Virus record (IMG/VR): IMGVR_UViG_3300045988_069332
Location: 1 to 42,884 of that record
Source: a virus
Length of the DNA: 42,884 bases
Strand: one strand, 5' to 3'
The position numbers were made by a program, and so were the translations under genes. Shown in pieces: positions 39,464 through 42,884 of this stretch (positions are counted from its first letter, which is position 1; every line of letters begins with the position of its first letter). The notes under the pieces were generated by a model. The model had not been told where the DNA came from. It saw nothing but the letters and a program-made list of their open reading frames with translations, and searched no databases.

Positions 39464-39651
39464 ATATATAAAGGATTTGTCTTTATATGGTACATCACGG
39501 CTGGGCATACTGCCAAATTATATTTTTTTACAAAAAAAGCATCCGAAACCCCGCACCCACAAAGGGTTGCGGGGTTTTCCTATGCAAAAATATTTTCTCA
39601 AATTCTTTTCAAAAGTCCCTTATTTTCCAGTTCAAAGATTCAAAACGAGGT
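39464..39651. other. Probable attP region
   Basis: Non-coding, AT-rich gap directly 3' of int. Contains inverted repeat atataaag/ctttatat (39465-39488) and TTCAAA-type repeats. The core was not identified. Confidence 0.5.
39547..39578 (+). terminator. Rho-independent terminator for the integrase gene
   Basis: Stem aaccccgca(ccc)/(ggg)ttgcggggtt followed by TTTT. Confidence 0.75.
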
Positions 39652-39654
39652 TCA
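39639..39654. repeat. 16-bp direct repeat ttcaaaacgaggttca (copy 2)
   Basis: Identical to 39421-39436. Overlaps the stop codon of 39652..39972. Confidence 0.9.
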
Positions 39655-39972
39655 GACTTTCCCGCCTAAAATCCCGGCCCATGTCTTCATATCCTTTGCC
39701 CGTTTCAGCTGCTCCCGATCCTCTACCGCTACGGCAGCGAGGGCCTGTTCTATCTGCTCCAAGCGGGGGACTTTGTCGAGGTCGGCGCAATAGTCGGACA
39801 GATACACCTTCGGGGCTTCTTCCTTCGCCGGTTCGGCCTGCACGGCTTCAGACGGGGCGGCAAGATACGCCCGCACGGTGATGAGCGCTGCCAGATCATA
39901 CACGTTTCGGGCATTCGGTTCCCCGGCCAACGACTTCTCGATCTCACTTTCCACCCAGCTCAGCGTGATCAT
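39652..39972 (-). CDS. Hypothetical protein (106 aa), last cargo gene before attP
   Basis: ATG at 39972 with a GGAAGGAGGGG RBS. Confidence 0.6.
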   Translation of the reverse strand: MITLSWVESEIEKSLAGEPNARNVYDLAALITVRAYLAAPSEAVQAEPAKEEAPKVYLSDYCADLDKVPRLEQIEQALAAVAVEDREQLKRAKDMKTWAGILGGKV

Positions 39973-39987
39973 GCCGCCCCTCCTTCC

Positions 39988-40383
39988 TTAGCGTTTCTTC
40001 AGTTCGTCCATCAGGCGCTGGATCATTTCACGCTCCCGCTGGCCGTCGGCTTTCTGCATCAGGCGCTCCAGTTCCTCTTCCATGCTGCCGCCGTCGCGGC
40101 TGTAGTGGGCACGGACGTAGTGCTGACCGCTCCTTGCATAGCTGTTTCCGCCGTCGTTGTACCGGCTGTAGCTCCCACGGGCTTCCCAGCCGCCGCCCCG
40201 GCTGTAGCCATCTTCCCGGCTGTACCCGCCGTCTTCTTCCAGCATCATGATCTTGTCGATGTTTTTCACCGTGTCGGTGAGCTTGTGCACCAGATCAAGA
40301 TCGCCTACGGACATTTCGCCCTTCCCGGCCAGTTCATCCAGCTCCCGGCAGAGCATTTCCCTCAATTCATACAACGCTTTCAT
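39988..40383 (-). CDS. Helical protein with central Gly/Tyr/Ser/Arg-rich repeat region (131 aa)
   Basis: GGYSREDGYSRGGGWEARGSYSRYNDGGNSYARSGQHYVRAHYSRDGG flanked by charged helices. Confidence 0.6.
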   Translation of the reverse strand: MKALYELREMLCRELDELAGKGEMSVGDLDLVHKLTDTVKNIDKIMMLEEDGGYSREDGYSRGGGWEARGSYSRYNDGGNSYARSGQHYVRAHYSRDGGSMEEELERLMQKADGQREREMIQRLMDELKKR

Positions 40384-40400
40384 GTTCGTTTCTCCTTTCC

Positions 40401-40823
40401 TTACGCTTCGCGGGTGACGATGAGGTTCGCGTTCTGCACCTCAATGTCCACGCCGCTGGTGTTCTCCACGGCCACCGTCACGCAGCAGCCCGCCGGTACG
40501 TCGATAAACGTATCGACGCTCACGTTAAAAAACTGTTCCACCGCCGCAGGGGTCACAATGGCCTTGCTGGCCGGAAGTGCTTCCCCGGCAATGGCAATGG
40601 CAACGGAGATCGGCCCAGCCGTTCCGCCAGCCGGGAGGGCAATGTTGCCGCCGAAGGTCACGCGATACCGTGCCTTGCACTGAGCCGTCAAGCCCCGGAG
40701 GGTCACAATGCCGCTGCCATCCCGGTGTACGATGCACCGGGAGGGGCACACCGGCGTTTCCGTCAGGATCACGTTCTGATCGCTGGCCACCGTTTGGAGG
40801 GCCGCGTTCGTAAATTCTGCCAT
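40401..40823 (-). CDS. C1q/TNF-like jelly-roll protein resembling the BclA C-terminal domain (140 aa)
   Basis: ATG at 40823 (AAGGAGA 7 nt upstream). The beta-rich pattern ...YRVTFGGNIALPAGGTAGPISVAIAIAGEALP...VTVAVENTSGVDIEVQNANLIVTR resembles BclA-CTD (recognised by eye). Confidence 0.4.
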   Translation of the reverse strand: MAEFTNAALQTVASDQNVILTETPVCPSRCIVHRDGSGIVTLRGLTAQCKARYRVTFGGNIALPAGGTAGPISVAIAIAGEALPASKAIVTPAAVEQFFNVSVDTFIDVPAGCCVTVAVENTSGVDIEVQNANLIVTREA

Positions 40824-40845
40824 ATTCATTCTCCTTTCAACAAAA

Positions 40846-40880
40846 GCGGCGAGGGATATTTCCCCCGCCGCAGATCGTCA
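40846..40880 (-). terminator. Terminator between the 40935 and 40823 genes
   Basis: Minus strand reads GCGGCGGGGGaaatatCCCTCGCCGCTTTTG. Confidence 0.6.
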
Positions 40881-40934
40881 GCACCGGCTTTTGCCGGTCA
40901 TCCCGTCAGGGCGGGAAGCTGTGTCATGCACTTG

Positions 40935-41666
40935 TCAGCCGTTGCAGAGCTGCTGGCCGCAGCAGTACGGATCGGGCACCATGTAGGCCGGGATGGGGCC
41001 GGGCCGCAGGGTCTGCACCAGATACTGGTTCTGCGCCGCCTGACTGGCCGCCAGCTGCGCCGCAAAAAGCTGCTGATTCTGGGCCGCGATCTTCTCATCC
41101 TTGGCCTCGATCCTCTGCGCGGTCAAAGCGTCAAGGATGGCGCGGGCATTGCAGTTCTGGTTCTCGATGATGTCCCGGGTGCCGTTCTGGATGGTGTTGC
41201 GCGTTTCACAGGCCTGCGTAGCCAGGTTGTAGTTCACGCCCTGGATGGCAGTCTGCGTCTTGCAGCAGCAGTCCGCCGCCTGCATGGCCATGTTGTTCAG
41301 CTGCTGCATCAGCGCGGCCTGTTGGTTGGAGCGGGAAAGTTCCGCCTGCCCAAAGCCGTTGGCCATCTGCATCTGCACGCCGTTCACCAGCTGCGCCTGA
41401 GCGTAAAAGCCGTCGCACAGCCCGTTATTCACGCCATCGATCTTGCGCTCGATGTTCGCAAAATCGCTGGTCAGCAAGTAGCCATCCATAGCCGTTCCCT
41501 GCCCGCCGCGAGCGTTTCCGCCCCAGCCGCCGCCCCAGCCGCAGAACACAAACAGGAAAAGGATGATGATCCACCATGCGCCGTTTCCACCGAACATGCC
41601 GTCGCCGCTGTTGTTCCGACCCGTTACCGCCGCGATATCGGCGGGGGTCATTTCGTTGCCGTTCAT
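40935..41666 (-). CDS. Membrane protein with Gly/Trp-rich TM region and Cys-rich Gln/Asn-rich ectodomain (243 aa)
   Basis: GGNGAWWIIILFLFVFCGWGGGWGGN. Also CCCK, NQNCN and YCCGQQLCNG. Confidence 0.6.
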   Translation of the reverse strand: MNGNEMTPADIAAVTGRNNSGDGMFGGNGAWWIIILFLFVFCGWGGGWGGNARGGQGTAMDGYLLTSDFANIERKIDGVNNGLCDGFYAQAQLVNGVQMQMANGFGQAELSRSNQQAALMQQLNNMAMQAADCCCKTQTAIQGVNYNLATQACETRNTIQNGTRDIIENQNCNARAILDALTAQRIEAKDEKIAAQNQQLFAAQLAASQAAQNQYLVQTLRPGPIPAYMVPDPYCCGQQLCNG

Positions 41667-41717
41667 CTGTTTTTCTCCCTTCTTTTATATGCTCAATCGT
41701 GGCCACGATCAACGCCG

Positions 41718-41945
41718 TTACTGTCCACCCAGCAGGCATTGGAACATCTGCGCCGCCTGCTGCAGCTGGTCAAGCTGCTGCTGGCTCATCTGCCCGGTGC
41801 GCAGCAGCTTTTCTACCTCCGCTTTCGGATCGCCCGTGAAACTTTGGCGGAATTTTTGGAACTGCTGTACCATGCTGTGGAATTGTCCCATGGGGCCGGG
41901 CATATGTGCCCCCATGCCGCCAAGCTGCTTAAACAGAGGGTTCAT
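41718..41945 (-). CDS. Gln/Met-rich small protein (75 aa)
   Basis: ATG at 41945 with GGAGG 9 nt upstream. Confidence 0.55.
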   Translation of the reverse strand: MNPLFKQLGGMGAHMPGPMGQFHSMVQQFQKFRQSFTGDPKAEVEKLLRTGQMSQQQLDQLQQAAQMFQCLLGGQ

Positions 41946-42363
41946 CCGCCGCCGCCTCCTTCTTAGCCCGCGCCGGGCGCTTCGTCAGTTCGTCTACCCG
42001 GCTCTGCAGGGCTTCAAAGTCCTTCCGGGTGACGTATTCCGCCGCCGCCTCTTCCGGGATGGGCGCGGCCTTGCGCTCCTGATAGTCAAAGACCCGCATG
42101 GAGGGCATCCCCGCCGCGTCACAGCTTTTCAAGTAAAAGCACTGGCGCTCGCTATCCATCAGCAGAACGCTGGAACCATTTGCAACCATGTAGCTTTTGG
42201 CCCCGGCCTCTCCCTGCACCCATACCAGCCCGCCGCCGTTCTGCTGCTGCCCCTGCTGCTGCATCTGCATGGGCTGATTCTGGCCCATCCGCATCTGCGC
42301 CAGCTGATCCGGCGCGGCCCCATAATAACCGCCGAAGCCCGGTTGATACCCATATCCAAACAC
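41929..42363 (-). CDS. Protein with Gly/Tyr/Gln-rich N-terminus and small beta domain (144 aa)
   Basis: GTG start with GGAGG 8 nt upstream. MFGYGYQPGFGGYYG...QMQQQGQQQ...LVWVQGEAGAKSYMV. Confidence 0.55.
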   Translation of the reverse strand: MFGYGYQPGFGGYYGAAPDQLAQMRMGQNQPMQMQQQGQQQNGGGLVWVQGEAGAKSYMVANGSSVLLMDSERQCFYLKSCDAAGMPSMRVFDYQERKAAPIPEEAAAEYVTRKDFEALQSRVDELTKRPARAKKEAAADEPSV

Positions 42364-42366
42364 GGT

Positions 42367-42744
42367 TTATTCCTCCTTTTGCCAGTAGTACACGGGCGTT
42401 TCGCGCCCGCTGTCCCAACTGTCGTACCAGTCGCCATTGTCTACACACACCACATGCCCACTGATCGCCAGCACGTACAGGCCCTCCGGGTGCTCCCGGC
42501 AGAAATCCTCCACGGTGTAGCAATCGGGGCAGGTATCGGGGAGGATATGCCGCCGGAAACCGTGCCGACGGAGATAAGCGCCCCACACCGCATTGGCGCT
42601 GGGCATGTCGCACAGCTCAAGCCCTGCGGCGCATAACCCGGTATAGGTCTCTGCCCAGCTGCGGCCTGTGGCCCTCGCAATGGCCCGGATAACGCAGTCG
42701 CCGACACGCTTGCCGCTTGGATTAAGGTTATACTCGCAGTACAT
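42367..42744 (-). CDS. Papain-like (C39-like) cysteine peptidase candidate (125 aa)
   Basis: GDCVIRAIARATGRSW (Cys) and ISGHVVCVDNGDWYDSWDSG (His/Asp). AAGGAGG RBS. Confidence 0.5.
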   Translation of the reverse strand: MYCEYNLNPSGKRVGDCVIRAIARATGRSWAETYTGLCAAGLELCDMPSANAVWGAYLRRHGFRRHILPDTCPDCYTVEDFCREHPEGLYVLAISGHVVCVDNGDWYDSWDSGRETPVYYWQKEE

Positions 42745-42785
42745 CGCCCACCGCCTCCTTACCTATATCATGGCACGGAGCGCGG

Positions 42786-42884
42786 CCCCGCGCCATGAAA
42801 GCCCGGCGCAAGTTTTCAGCAAGTTTTCAGCAAGTTTTCAGCAAGTTTTCAGCAAGTTTGTGGCAAAAAAAGAGCAAAAAAAAG
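42786..42884. repeat. Second copy of the terminal repeat (duplicate of 1-99, including the 11-bp tandem array at 42808-42859)
   Basis: Identical, base for base, to 1-99. Confidence 0.95.

Larger units (their letters stand above)
1..42785. mobile_element. Complete circular temperate siphovirus-type phage genome (or excised prophage)
   Basis: Identical 99-bp ends. Integrase, switch, replication, packaging, head, tail and lysis modules are present in canonical order. Confidence 0.85.

Noticed and set aside
39464-39651. A tRNA gene fragment as the integration target within attP
   Set aside because: The GGTTCAA-like strings do not form a T-arm with complementary stems. No cloverleaf or acceptor-stem/CCA context could be drawn. 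The strong hairpin is better explained as the int terminator.
40725-42636. Long plus-strand ORFs (40725..41966 and 41563..42636) over the cargo operon
   Set aside because: Same GC-driven antisense artefact. The minus-strand genes each have GGAGG-type RBSs and coupled starts.
1-42884. Reverse transcriptase/DGR, CRISPR-Cas, restriction-modification, or known multi-gene defence systems
   Set aside because: No RT motifs, template/variable repeat pair, Cas-like genes, methyltransferase motifs (DPPY/FxGxG) or large ATPase/nuclease defence genes were seen in any frame.

Overview
The window is one complete, circularly closed temperate tailed-phage genome. Bases 1-99 are identical to 42786-42884, so the unique circle is 42785 bp. 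The DNA is GC-rich, with strong GGAGG ribosome-binding sites and frequent ATGA/GTGA stop-start coupling. Together with L27/Prp-type cleavage motifs, this suggests a high-GC Firmicutes (Clostridia-like) host; that host assignment is inference. Nearly all genes from 34839 down to 110, and across the circle junction from 42744 down to 39652, are on the minus strand. In transcription order they are: an early operon (RHH, XRE, Xis-like); recombination and replication genes (Sak/Rad52-like, HNH, SSB, DnaD-like organizer with internal iterons, DnaB, resolvase); small accessory genes (ASCH, DUF551, lipoprotein, ThyX-like); a late-regulator region; DUF4417, ParB-like and glycosyltransferase-like genes; TerS/TerL, portal, MuF, scaffold and capsid; connectors, major tail protein, G/GT chaperone with a -1 frameshift, and tape measure; Dit/Gp37-like and fibre genes; a lysis cassette; and about 6.5 kb of promoter/terminator-delimited cargo genes ending at attP. 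The plus strand carries the lysogeny module (two separate switch regions, membrane proteins, tyrosine integrase) and one secreted-protein moron inside the tail module. The candidates I consider most novel are: (1) an AT-rich toxin/immunity-like cassette fused to the MuF head protein and entered through a ribosomal-L27-like cleavage motif; (2) a possible DNA-modification island next to the terminase (GT-like, ParB-like, DUF4417, divergent ThyX-like); (3) a consensus promoter followed immediately by a terminator at the head of the late operon, which would suggest antitermination; (4) a P22 immI-like double-RHH switch with an ORF missing from the supplied track; (5) an OOP-like antisense sRNA candidate; (6) a cargo cluster of C1q/BclA-like, Cys-rich and Gly/Tyr/Gln-rich proteins next to attP. 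All functional calls come from reading translated sequence and motifs by eye. No database search was run.
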